A stretch of DNA of 10,145 nt, from positions 1-10,145 of the forward strand of contig PMWA01000033.1 of NCBI GenBank assembly GCA_003166335.1, given 5' to 3'. Shown in pieces: positions 1-8,290 of this stretch. The stretch comes from Methanobacterium sp. (GTDB lineage: Archaea; Methanobacteriota; Methanobacteria; Methanobacteriales; Methanobacteriaceae). The first letter of the stretch is position 1; the number at the start of each line of letters is the position of its first letter. Both the position numbers and the translations under genes were made by a program. A model generated the notes under the pieces. The model ran no database searches and was not told the origin of the DNA. It was given only the letters and a program-made list of their open reading frames with translations.

Positions 1-352
1 AACCATTAACTACAAGTCCCTTAGGATAACTAATTCGATTATTATCATCAATATAAACCCCTAAGGAAACAATTTCAGATAAACATTTATAAAACTCTGC
101 ATCCGCTAAATAAGAATCAACTATAACTATATCAAAATCATTTAAATAATCAAAAATTTTACTCGAATCATCTAACCAATTAAAAATAGTATATTCAGTA
201 TCTTTAAGCAGAGGCTCAATAGTGGAATCTCCATTCACCATAAGTTCTATGGATAATTCTTTCAGTTTGAAAGCTTGATATAAAGACAAACAACGAGTAA
301 CATGCCCAAAACCAATCTCACTATTACCCTCAGTCAATATTAAAATCTTCAT
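1..352 (-). CDS. pseG: PseG/SpsG-like UDP-2,4-diacetamido-2,4,6-trideoxy-beta-L-altropyranose hydrolase (GT-B fold), 5' part only, truncated by the window edge
   Basis: Not in the ORF track. Manual translation from ATG at 352 is open to the edge: MKILILTEGNSEIGFGHVTRCLSLYQAF...DIVIVDSY...VYIDD...LVVNG. The IGxGHxxRC, VDSY and IDD motifs are typical of PseG/SpsG, and it lies downstream of pseB-pseC-spsF. Confidence 0.85.
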   Translation of the reverse strand, partial: MKILILTEGNSEIGFGHVTRCLSLYQAFKLKELSIELMVNGDSTIEPLLKDTEYTIFNWLDDSSKIFDYLNDFDIVIVDSYLADAEFYKCLSEIVSLGVYIDDNNRISYPKGLVVNG

Positions 353-435
353 ATTTACATTTATCCATAAAATTTACTATTTTTTGATTAATTAAATTTT
401 GTATAAATAATATTCATTAAATATCAAATTTTTTT

Positions 436-1287
436 TTATTTGATACAAGAATCTACATTTTCTTCTAAAAACTTTTTAATTCTATATAACTCCTGCAACT
501 CTAACAATTTCAAAGCTTCCAAAAGTTCATCATCAAAATTATTAAAAGATTTTTTAGCCAATATATTTTTATTTATAAGTTTCAACCATGGTTTCACTTT
601 AAAAAGATTTACTATATCTCCAATATTAAAAAAGTTATCTGTCGGATATAAGTAATCATAAACCGTGCAAAGCAATGCATAATCCTCTATTGTATCTAAG
701 GTAATTCTAATATCCGGCGCAGTAATTTCCTCATCCGCTGATATATTATTTATAGTAAAGGATTCAGGATTACTCTTATATATAAATGGAGTTACATGCT
801 CCTGTTCAAAATCATGGGTTGCTTCCAGATAAGCCTTCTCTAACACGTTGAAATTAAAGACTTCCACATCCAAACCATGAGGAAACGATCGAATCAAACT
901 ATTCGAAGTATAATCGGCAGCTGATTCTAAATGATTAATAACTGCATAATCAACAATCCCTGGGTCAATGCAGGGGCAATCACTCGTAACCCGCACCACT
1001 ATATCCAAATCATACTCTACAGCTGCAAGATAATATCTTTCTAAAACATTATCCAAACTACCCCTAAAAACGGTTACATTCTCCTTAACTGCAATATCCA
1101 CTATCCTCTCATCAATAATATCAGTAGATGTGGCAACTATAATCATATCAAGCAATGATGATTTCTTTAATCTGCGTATGACCTGCCCGAGTACTGTTAC
1201 CTTACTATTATAGGGTAAATATTTCAAAACCTTCCCCGGAAGCCGGGTGCTACTGGTTCTCGCTTGAATAATCGCACCAATCTTCAT
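436..1287 (-). CDS. spsF: SpsF-like acylneuraminate/nonulosonate cytidylyltransferase (probable CMP-pseudaminate synthetase role)
   Basis: 283 aa with IIQARTSSTRLPGKVL, FRGSLDNVLERY, VRVTSDCP, PHGLDVEVF, EHVTPFI and RITLDTIEDY, which match the SpsF branch of the cytidylyltransferases. Context is a pse cluster. Confidence 0.85.
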   Translation of the reverse strand: MKIGAIIQARTSSTRLPGKVLKYLPYNSKVTVLGQVIRRLKKSSLLDMIIVATSTDIIDERIVDIAVKENVTVFRGSLDNVLERYYLAAVEYDLDIVVRVTSDCPCIDPGIVDYAVINHLESAADYTSNSLIRSFPHGLDVEVFNFNVLEKAYLEATHDFEQEHVTPFIYKSNPESFTINNISADEEITAPDIRITLDTIEDYALLCTVYDYLYPTDNFFNIGDIVNLFKVKPWLKLINKNILAKKSFNNFDDELLEALKLLELQELYRIKKFLEENVDSCIK

Positions 1288-1317
1288 AACTAAAAAAATT
1301 CCATTTTTACAATTTTT

Positions 1318-2463
1318 TTATAAATTATTGAATACCTTAAAAACCTTACTTATCACATAATCCACGTCACTATCACTCATCCCTGGATATAAGGGGATGG
1401 TAATCTCACTTTTATAAAAATCTTCACTAACTGGACAAGAACCACGTTTATAACCTAAATTTTGATAATACGGTTGCAAATACACGGGTATATAATGCAC
1501 CTGCACACCTAAACCTTCACTATGTAATTTACTAAATATTAATTTCTTTTTATCCTGATATTCATTATTAAGTAAAATTGGATATAAGTGATAAGATGAT
1601 TGGCAGCAATCCTTCACTTTAATTGTTTCAAAATAAGGATTATCCTTAAAAACTTTATCATAACGTTCAGCTATGTATCGTCTCCTCGCAACGAAACCAT
1701 CCAATTTCCTTAACTGACTTAACCCTAAACTTGCTTGAATATCAGTCATCCGATAATTAAAGCCTAAATAATGCATTTCATAATACCAATCACCATCAGA
1801 CTCATTAACAAAATTGTTTTTAGTAACACCATGCGACCGGAACAACCTTAATTTAGTATAATAATCCTTATTATTCGTTAAAACCATGCCACCTTCACCC
1901 GTCGTGATATGCTTCACTGGATGAAAACTGAAAATACTCATCTCACTATACTCACAATTACCAATACGCTCCCCCTCATACAAGGCGCCCAAGGCATGAG
2001 CCGCGTCCTCAATAATTTTAACATTATAATCCTCAGCAATACTAGCTAACTCCTTTAGATCAATGGGATTACCACTATAATGAACCGGAACAATCAACTT
2101 AGTCTCATCCGTAATCTTCTCTTCAATAAGTGATACATCCATATTACCCGTACTCATCTCCACATCCGTGAAAACCGGTTTCGCATCCAAATATAACGCT
2201 GCATTACTTGTCGCGACAAAAGTATTCGGAGAAGTAATTACCTCATCACCCTCCCCTATACCTAATGCGAAATAACTTCCATGAAGCGCGCTGGTACCTG
2301 AATTAAAACATACCGCGTACTTCGAACCAACATACGCTGCTAACTTCTCCTCAAACTCCGCGATTTTAGGTCCCGTAGTAAGGTAATCACTTTTTAAAAC
2401 GTTAACTACACTATCAATGTCCGATTCATCAATAAACTGCCTACCATAAGGAATAAAACGAAT
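1318..2463 (-). CDS. pseC: UDP-4-amino-4,6-dideoxy-N-acetyl-beta-L-altrosamine transaminase (DegT/DnrJ/EryC1/StrS family PLP aminotransferase)
   Basis: The ORF track gives 1318..2190, but the frame is open to 2469 and encodes the conserved N-terminus (I)RFIPYGRQFIDESDI...LTTGPKIAEFE...NSGTSALH...GDEVITSPNTFVAT. It also has IIEDAAHA and the PLP-lysine motif SFHPVKHITTGEGG. The proposed start is ATT at 2463 (381 aa), 6 nt after AGGTGA. Confidence 0.9.
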   Translation of the reverse strand: MRFIPYGRQFIDESDIDSVVNVLKSDYLTTGPKIAEFEEKLAAYVGSKYAVCFNSGTSALHGSYFALGIGEGDEVITSPNTFVATSNAALYLDAKPVFTDVEMSTGNMDVSLIEEKITDETKLIVPVHYSGNPIDLKELASIAEDYNVKIIEDAAHALGALYEGERIGNCEYSEMSIFSFHPVKHITTGEGGMVLTNNKDYYTKLRLFRSHGVTKNNFVNESDGDWYYEMHYLGFNYRMTDIQASLGLSQLRKLDGFVARRRYIAERYDKVFKDNPYFETIKVKDCCQSSYHLYPILLNNEYQDKKKLIFSKLHSEGLGVQVHYIPVYLQPYYQNLGYKRGSCPVSEDFYKSEITIPLYPGMSDSDVDYVISKVFKVFNNL

Positions 2464-2469
2464 AAAGAA

Positions 2470-2475
2470 TCACCT
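2470..2475 (-). promoter_or_regulatory. Ribosome-binding site (AGGTGA) for pseC
   Basis: Minus strand reads TAA(pseB stop)-AAAA-AGGTGA-TTCTTT-ATT. The same GGTGA core precedes the genes at 9871 and 10096. Confidence 0.7.
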
Positions 2476-2479
2476 TTTT

Positions 2480-3472
2480 TTAATAAACAACTTTAATATT
2501 ATCCAGTAAAACTTTAAGTTTATCCACAGTTAACCATTCCTTATTCTTATTACTGGCATACCGGAATCTATCCACTACTTTCACTCCACCATTCCTATTA
2601 CTCTTCTTCCACCAATCCAGATCCGGGTAAATAATATAATGATCATCATATTCATAAGTAGTTCGTGAATCCTCCTCGGTAATCATAACTTCATGAAGCT
2701 TCTCACCCGGTCTAATGCCAATATCCTCAAAAATACAATCACCATGCAAAGCCTTAGCTAAATCTGTAACCTTAAAACTAGGACACTTCCGGACATACAA
2801 TTCCCCGCCTTTAGCTTCACCTATAGCTTTAATAACCAAGTCAACCGCTTCATCAAGCGTAATCCAAAACCTGGTCATTCTACGATCCGTAATCGGGAGC
2901 TTCATATCTCCATTATTAAGTAATGATTTAAAAAATGGTATAATACTACCACGACTACCCGCTACATTACCATACCGTACCACGCTAAACAATGTATCCT
3001 TATTACCCGTATACGCGTTACCCGCGACAAACAATTTATCCGACACTAGTTTAGTTGCACCATACAAGTTAACCGGATTAACTGCCTTATCCGTGGATAA
3101 AGCTATTATCTTCTCCACTCCCTTATCAATCGCCGCGTTAATAATATTCTCCGCACCATTAATATTAGTTTTAACCGCCTCAATGGGATTATACTCCGCG
3201 GCGGGAACCTGCTTAATCGCTGCTGCGTGAATTACAATATCAACTCCATCAAACGCTCGGTACAATCTACCCTCATCCCGCACATCACCCAGGAAAAACC
3301 GAAGCTTCCCCTCAAATTCTTCAAACTCACGTTGCATTACATACTGCTTATACTCATCCCGTGAATATATGATTAATTTCTTCGGATTAAATTCATTTAA
3401 AACTCTTCTAGTGAAATTATGACCAAAAGAACCCGTACCACCCGTAATTAATATTGTCTTATCACTAAACAT
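2480..3472 (-). CDS. pseB: UDP-N-acetylglucosamine 4,6-dehydratase (inverting)
   Basis: 330 aa extended SDR with ITGGTGSFG, YSRDEYKQ, HAAAIKQVPAAEYNP, STDKAVNPVNLYGATK, RYGNVAGSRGS, MTRFWITL and GIRPGEKLHE. It sits directly upstream of pseC. Confidence 0.95.
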   Translation of the reverse strand: MFSDKTILITGGTGSFGHNFTRRVLNEFNPKKLIIYSRDEYKQYVMQREFEEFEGKLRFFLGDVRDEGRLYRAFDGVDIVIHAAAIKQVPAAEYNPIEAVKTNINGAENIINAAIDKGVEKIIALSTDKAVNPVNLYGATKLVSDKLFVAGNAYTGNKDTLFSVVRYGNVAGSRGSIIPFFKSLLNNGDMKLPITDRRMTRFWITLDEAVDLVIKAIGEAKGGELYVRKCPSFKVTDLAKALHGDCIFEDIGIRPGEKLHEVMITEEDSRTTYEYDDHYIIYPDLDWWKKSNRNGGVKVVDRFRYASNKNKEWLTVDKLKVLLDNIKVVY

Positions 3473-3595
3473 CTCAAATAAACCCCTAAAATAAATAAAA
3501 AAATTTTTTAAAATTGTGAATAAATTATATTTTATTATACTTTGGAAAACTATTATTTTATTCCATATTTACATTTTATAATGTTTAAATTTTAA

Positions 3596-4834
3596 CTACT
3601 TTATTTTTTTGACAACCATTAATCGAATTAAATCAGAGATTCTCCTAGATGATTCACCATCAACCTTAAATGCTTCATCATAAACAAACTTCCTCATCTT
3701 CTCCCTATCAACAGTCTCCCAGGGATGATAAACTAACCGTTCTAAAGCCATTGGTATTGAATCCGTTTTCTCGATAAATAAAACTCCACCATCCTTAAAA
3801 ATTTTACTACCATTATCCATATTAACAATTAAACATGGCTTATCAAGCGCTAACGCCTCCAAAGCAGCAGTTGAGGATACACTCACCACCACATCCGAAA
3901 TACAAATAAGTTCATGCAAAGATTCCGTATCATATATTAACGGTGACAATGGATAATCCTTTAAAATTTTAATATAATCCTGTTTATTCTCATGCGGTGC
4001 GTGAAGTTTAAATATTAACTGGACATCCTTAAAATTAACGCACGCTTTAGCTATTTCACTTACAAAAAAACGTCTCTCTTCAGGAGTCCAAAGCCCCGCC
4101 TCAACAAACCAAGACGTTAAAACAAGCACCACCCTCTTACCTGACGGTACACCGTACTTCTCCCGTAAACTCTCCTTAACTTTAGAATCCTTATATTGAA
4201 GTAAATCATCAAATTTACTACTACCCGTAACCATTAACCGATCCGGTGAAACACCCTCACCAACTAACAAGTTTTTAGTATTATCCCCAAAAACTGCAAT
4301 CTTAGATGATTCACCCCGTCCATAAGTATACGAATAACCCCGACCATATTTAAATTCAAATTTTAAACGACTAACTTTATATTTAAACGGACGATACGGG
4401 TTAAAAAAGAGTTTAAACAATCGAAGGAACATTTTATAAAAATATTCCACTTTATTATTAACCGACTTCTTCTCAAACCTAACCGCGGCAAGCAAACCAT
4501 CCTGAACCGTCAATGAGGGTAATCCTAATTCATTACAAGTTTTAATAAACAAGATATCCATAGGGCTTTGATCATGCCCCGAAACTAATATATCAGGCTT
4601 CTCATCACCCATAATTTGCTGAACCGATTTCATACTCCAATCATTCATATTAATATAATCCAAACCATATTTCCGGAAATAATCATCCATATCCGATAAT
4701 AAAGTAAATATTTCAGTATTAACAAATTTAAAATGAAAATCAGGTAAATACTCTCTAATACTCCTAAACATGTCAACTTGAGCAGTATTACTCACAATAA
4801 ACAAACCATTAAATTCTAAATTATTTGACATCAT
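3596..4834 (-). CDS. GT-B fold surface-glycan protein (CDP-glycerol glycerophosphotransferase / capsule synthesis / UDP-GlcNAc 2-epimerase-like superfamily); putative nonulosonate transferase
   Basis: About 412 aa with PDILV..D, GLPSLTVQDG, IAVFG...VTGSSKFD, IFKLHAPHE and SDVVVSVSSTAALEALALDKP. The start is uncertain (GTG 4840, ATG 4834 or ATG 4831). The specific activity is inferred from context. Confidence 0.65.
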   Translation of the reverse strand: MMSNNLEFNGLFIVSNTAQVDMFRSIREYLPDFHFKFVNTEIFTLLSDMDDYFRKYGLDYINMNDWSMKSVQQIMGDEKPDILVSGHDQSPMDILFIKTCNELGLPSLTVQDGLLAAVRFEKKSVNNKVEYFYKMFLRLFKLFFNPYRPFKYKVSRLKFEFKYGRGYSYTYGRGESSKIAVFGDNTKNLLVGEGVSPDRLMVTGSSKFDDLLQYKDSKVKESLREKYGVPSGKRVVLVLTSWFVEAGLWTPEERRFFVSEIAKACVNFKDVQLIFKLHAPHENKQDYIKILKDYPLSPLIYDTESLHELICISDVVVSVSSTAALEALALDKPCLIVNMDNGSKIFKDGGVLFIEKTDSIPMALERLVYHPWETVDREKMRKFVYDEAFKVDGESSRRISDLIRLMVVKKIK

Positions 4835-5086
4835 AATCACATGTTACGAATTTTTTTACTATAAATTAATACTAAACTTAATTGAAAATAAAAAAAAATT
4901 TTTTGTTAACTAACTAAATTTTTTATTTTTTTTCAAAAAAGCATACTCTTAGAAAGGTTAAAAAAATGTTTTAAATTTCAAATCAAATACTATAAGTAAT
5001 ACAATTATATTTCTCAACTTAATAAAGGTTTATTCCCAAATTATACCAGAATCAATCAAAAAAAAATTGGATCAAATTTTTTGTAA

Positions 5087-5842
5087 ATGATGATAAATAA
5101 TAACTTAAAAAAGGAAATCCTAACTAAATGCCATGAATTAGGAGTAAAAATAGTCGGCTTCGCCCCAGTGGAGAGATGGCAAAATTCACCCAAAAAATTA
5201 GCAAACAAATTCAACAAATGGATACCCCGAGATTACTGGCCCACTAGCATCTATCCCGAAGCCCAAACAGTCATAGTAATCGGATTACCCGTACCCTTAC
5301 CCATAATAGAAACCGCGCCAAGCATATACTACCATGAATTATACAATACCATCAACAACCTCCTAGATCAAAAAGCATATGAAATAGCTACCTACTTAAC
5401 AAGTAACGGATACCCCAGCATCAACCTACCACGAGACGCCTACACGAACATTGACGAATTAATAAAAAACCCATTCGCCTTCTTCTCCCATAAACACGCC
5501 GCCTATCTCGCGGGTCTGGGATCCTTCGGCCAAAACAATGTGCTACTAACTCCCCAATACGGTCCACGAGTACGATTCACCAGCATATTCACCACAGCAA
5601 AAATAAAACCAGACCCCCTGAAAAATATTGATTACTGCACCCACTGTAATAAATGTGCTGTTAACTGTCCAGTGGAAGCTATACCCTCAGAAAATACATC
5701 AACAGGAAATATTCAACCTGTTGATAAAATCCTCTGCGCAAAACATAGTAAAAAACTTCGAGAAAAAAATATAGCACCCTGCGGCATCTGCATCAAAAAT
5801 TGTCCCGTCGGAGACGACCGTGAAACCTATCAAAGAACATGA
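5087..5842 (+). CDS. QueG (epoxyqueuosine reductase)/reductive dehalogenase-like protein with two [4Fe-4S] motifs, probably cobamide-binding
   Basis: 251 aa with VGFAP, SHKHAAYLAGLGSFGQNNVLLTPQYGPRVRFTSIFT, CTHCNKCAVNCPVEAI and C...CGICIKNCP. Confidence 0.85.
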   Translation: MMINNNLKKEILTKCHELGVKIVGFAPVERWQNSPKKLANKFNKWIPRDYWPTSIYPEAQTVIVIGLPVPLPIIETAPSIYYHELYNTINNLLDQKAYEIATYLTSNGYPSINLPRDAYTNIDELIKNPFAFFSHKHAAYLAGLGSFGQNNVLLTPQYGPRVRFTSIFTTAKIKPDPLKNIDYCTHCNKCAVNCPVEAIPSENTSTGNIQPVDKILCAKHSKKLREKNIAPCGICIKNCPVGDDRETYQRT

Positions 5843-5873
5843 TCACATATAGGATGCATAACTTCCCTATTTC

Positions 5874-5913
5874 AAAAAAAACTCTAGTTTTTACAATTAA
5901 TGTATAAAAAAAA
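5874..5913. terminator. Probable termination region between convergent genes
   Basis: A8 tracts at 5874-5881 and 5906-5913 form oligo-U for the minus-strand kinase transcript. T5 at 5888-5892 could serve the plus-strand gene. A weak AAAAAC-tcta-GTTTTT dyad is present. Confidence 0.4.
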
Positions 5914-5928
5914 CCCTTAAACTTCTGA

Positions 5929-7749
5929 TTAACTACCCTGGAATTCTATCCTAAATTCAGTGCCACGAGTCCTATCCAACGTTATAATCCCATCCAACTG
6001 GTTAACTAAACTATTAATCAACTGAAACCCCAAAGTACTAGTATTCCTATAATCTAAATCCCGTGGTAAACCCACTCCATTATCACTAATCACTAAAATA
6101 TACTTACCATCTTCCGTACTTAAATTTAAATTTATTTGACAGTAGTCGCCCATAATAGTCGCATTTTTACTCAGAACCGGTGGAAAATTTGTTAAAGAAA
6201 CCTGACCTTTATAAATACAGGGGAAAGCATGCTTAAGACTATTAGTTAAGAATTCATTAATCATCAAACCTAAAGGAATTGCTGTATTAACACCAAATTT
6301 AACATTCTCCACATCCAAATTAAACCTAATAAGAGGATTAACATTATAAGAATTAAAAAGACTATCCGCTAACCTTTTAATATAATTTTCAATATCTATT
6401 CTACTTAAATCCTCCGATTGATAAAGCTGCTCATGCACAATAGCCATAGATTTAATGCGACTCTTACTATCCAAAAAAATCTTCTTATCATGCTCATTAA
6501 CAATATTAACTGATTGAAGATTTAACAAACTACTTATAATTTGTAAATTATTTTTAACCCGATGATGAATCTCCTTTAGAAGCACATCCTTCTCCAAAAG
6601 AAGCCGCTCCTTCTCCTTAAGAGAATCTCTTAACCTACTCTCAATATCCAAACGCTCCGTAACATCCTCTAATATAATAGACATTCCTTTAATCTCACCA
6701 TCCCGAATTAATTTAGAAGCATGGCTAATAAAATTTAGTTGCCTACCCTTTACAAGTGCAGTCCAAAACCTATTTTTTATAAATTTTTTACCTTGAATAC
6801 TACCTATAAACTTCTCAAAAGCATCCTCAGCATCAATTCCAAACTTAGGTAAGGAAACTGTAAAGTTCTGACCAACCACATCACCCCGTTCCAAATTGGA
6901 AATTTCTAATAATTTATTATTAACATCAACCACAATACCATTATTATCCAAGATAAAAATCGCTTCAGCAGCAGATTCAACCACTAAACGATACTTCTCC
7001 TCGGAATCCCGTAAAGCCACTTCAGCTAATTTTATATCTGTAATATCCGTTAACATCGCGAAAGATCCGATAAATTTACCATTATCCTGTAAAGGAGTGA
7101 CAGAGACTATCATCCAACGGACAGAGCCATTCTTATGAATAAAACGCCTCTCAAAACGTTCCGCTATATTCCTTTTACGGTTTTCAACACGTTTATCATA
7201 ATCCAAAAGATCATCCTTATAAACCAATTCCATTATATTCAGACCCACAATCTCATCTACTTCATATCCTAACAGGTCAACTGTTTTCTGATTCACATAA
7301 TTAATCTGCTGCACATCATCCGCAACCACTATCCCCTCATTAGCAGTCTCCACAATAAGCCGATACTTCTCCTCAAACTCATTTAACTCTAACATAATCT
7401 GTTTACGTTTACTTACATCCCGGCTGATGCACATCACAACATCTTGATCTTGAATCACCACGCAACGAGCTTCACCCTGAAATTTAGAACCATCCTTTCT
7501 AATAAAAAAAGTTTCATAATCAACAAAACCCGTCCTCATAAGAGTTTCCCTAATACTATTTAAACGATCATGACACTCCGGTGCAATTAAATCCATAAAA
7601 TTCTTAACACACAACTCATCATGATTATATCCCAACAATTGACAAGCAGCAGGATTAGCCTCAATAATCCGTCCATCCCATGATCGGATAGTCACCGAAT
7701 CCGAAACATTCTCCAATAAACTAAGATACTTCCCATCATTAGCCATCAT
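5929..7749 (-). CDS. Cytoplasmic sensor histidine kinase, 3x PAS + HisKA_2 + HATPase_c
   Basis: Three PAS repeats ending in SRDVS, TDITD and EDVTE, with EEKYRLxVE linkers. H-box LLKEIHHRVKNNLQIISSLL, N-box GLMINEFLTNSLKHAF, G1 SDNGVG and G2-like TLGFQLI. No hydrophobic transmembrane segment. Confidence 0.93.
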   Translation of the reverse strand: MMANDGKYLSLLENVSDSVTIRSWDGRIIEANPAACQLLGYNHDELCVKNFMDLIAPECHDRLNSIRETLMRTGFVDYETFFIRKDGSKFQGEARCVVIQDQDVVMCISRDVSKRKQIMLELNEFEEKYRLIVETANEGIVVADDVQQINYVNQKTVDLLGYEVDEIVGLNIMELVYKDDLLDYDKRVENRKRNIAERFERRFIHKNGSVRWMIVSVTPLQDNGKFIGSFAMLTDITDIKLAEVALRDSEEKYRLVVESAAEAIFILDNNGIVVDVNNKLLEISNLERGDVVGQNFTVSLPKFGIDAEDAFEKFIGSIQGKKFIKNRFWTALVKGRQLNFISHASKLIRDGEIKGMSIILEDVTERLDIESRLRDSLKEKERLLLEKDVLLKEIHHRVKNNLQIISSLLNLQSVNIVNEHDKKIFLDSKSRIKSMAIVHEQLYQSEDLSRIDIENYIKRLADSLFNSYNVNPLIRFNLDVENVKFGVNTAIPLGLMINEFLTNSLKHAFPCIYKGQVSLTNFPPVLSKNATIMGDYCQINLNLSTEDGKYILVISDNGVGLPRDLDYRNTSTLGFQLINSLVNQLDGIITLDRTRGTEFRIEFQGS

Positions 7750-8290
7750 AATTATAAACCTTTTTATAATAATTCATTAAAATAGAGTTAAACCAAAATT
7801 TTCATACTCTAATATGAATTCCTGAATAATAAAAAAATTAACTCCTTTTTTTTTAAATATTATTACATTATGAAACATTTCATTTTACAAATTTAAATTA
7901 ATGATTATGCAATATAACTTATGAATTGAATTAAAAAAATTTTATTACTCCCATTTATAATATTAATTCGCATTTATTCACTGAATAAATTATGTTACCA
8001 TGTAATATATAATTAATACAAAAAAATAAAATTCCCATTCCATTTTATCATATTCAAATAGATAATATGAAGAACTTGCAATCATAAATTCCCCTAACAC
8101 GACAAAGAACTGAAATAATCCAAAATTTAACCTTAATTTTGTTAATAAATAAAAGGACCTATAAATATTAATTTATAATATAATTTAACCCCCAAAAAAA
8201 GTACTAATGATATATCAATATTTATTACATCACTCACATATAATTAAATCAGAAATTTATATGTTGGAGTAGAAAAAATGGAAATAAAGT

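Noticed and set aside
440..655. 71-aa plus-strand ORF
   Set aside because: Antisense shadow of the spsF-like gene; Ser/Phe/Lys-rich with no motif.
1318..2190. ORF-track start of pseC at TTG 2190
   Set aside because: It would delete 91 conserved N-terminal residues, including the NSGTSALH PLP-phosphate-binding segment.
2715..3230. 171-aa plus-strand ORF
   Set aside because: Antisense to the highly conserved pseB, with no recognisable motif or SD.
3543..3590. Short dyads TGGAA/TTCCA and ACATT/AATGT upstream of pseB; considered as an NrpR operator
   Set aside because: GGAA-TTCC spacing is 13 nt, not the 6 nt of NrpR boxes, and 5-bp arms are expected by chance in AT-rich DNA.
4882..4936. Imperfect inverted repeat of about 20 bp in the divergent intergenic region
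   Set aside because: Made almost entirely of A/T homopolymer runs, so it is low complexity.
5087..5842. Assigning the symbol queG
   Set aside because: The fold family is supported but queuosine function is doubtful in an archaeal context, so the symbol was left blank.
6896..7138. 80-aa plus-strand ORF
   Set aside because: Antisense shadow of the PAS kinase.
7750..8240. Long AT-rich intergenic stretch checked for CRISPR repeats, tRNA, IS ends and origin-like repeats
   Set aside because: Only short degenerate matches (CCATTT..., AAATTCCC) with no regular spacing or convincing structure.
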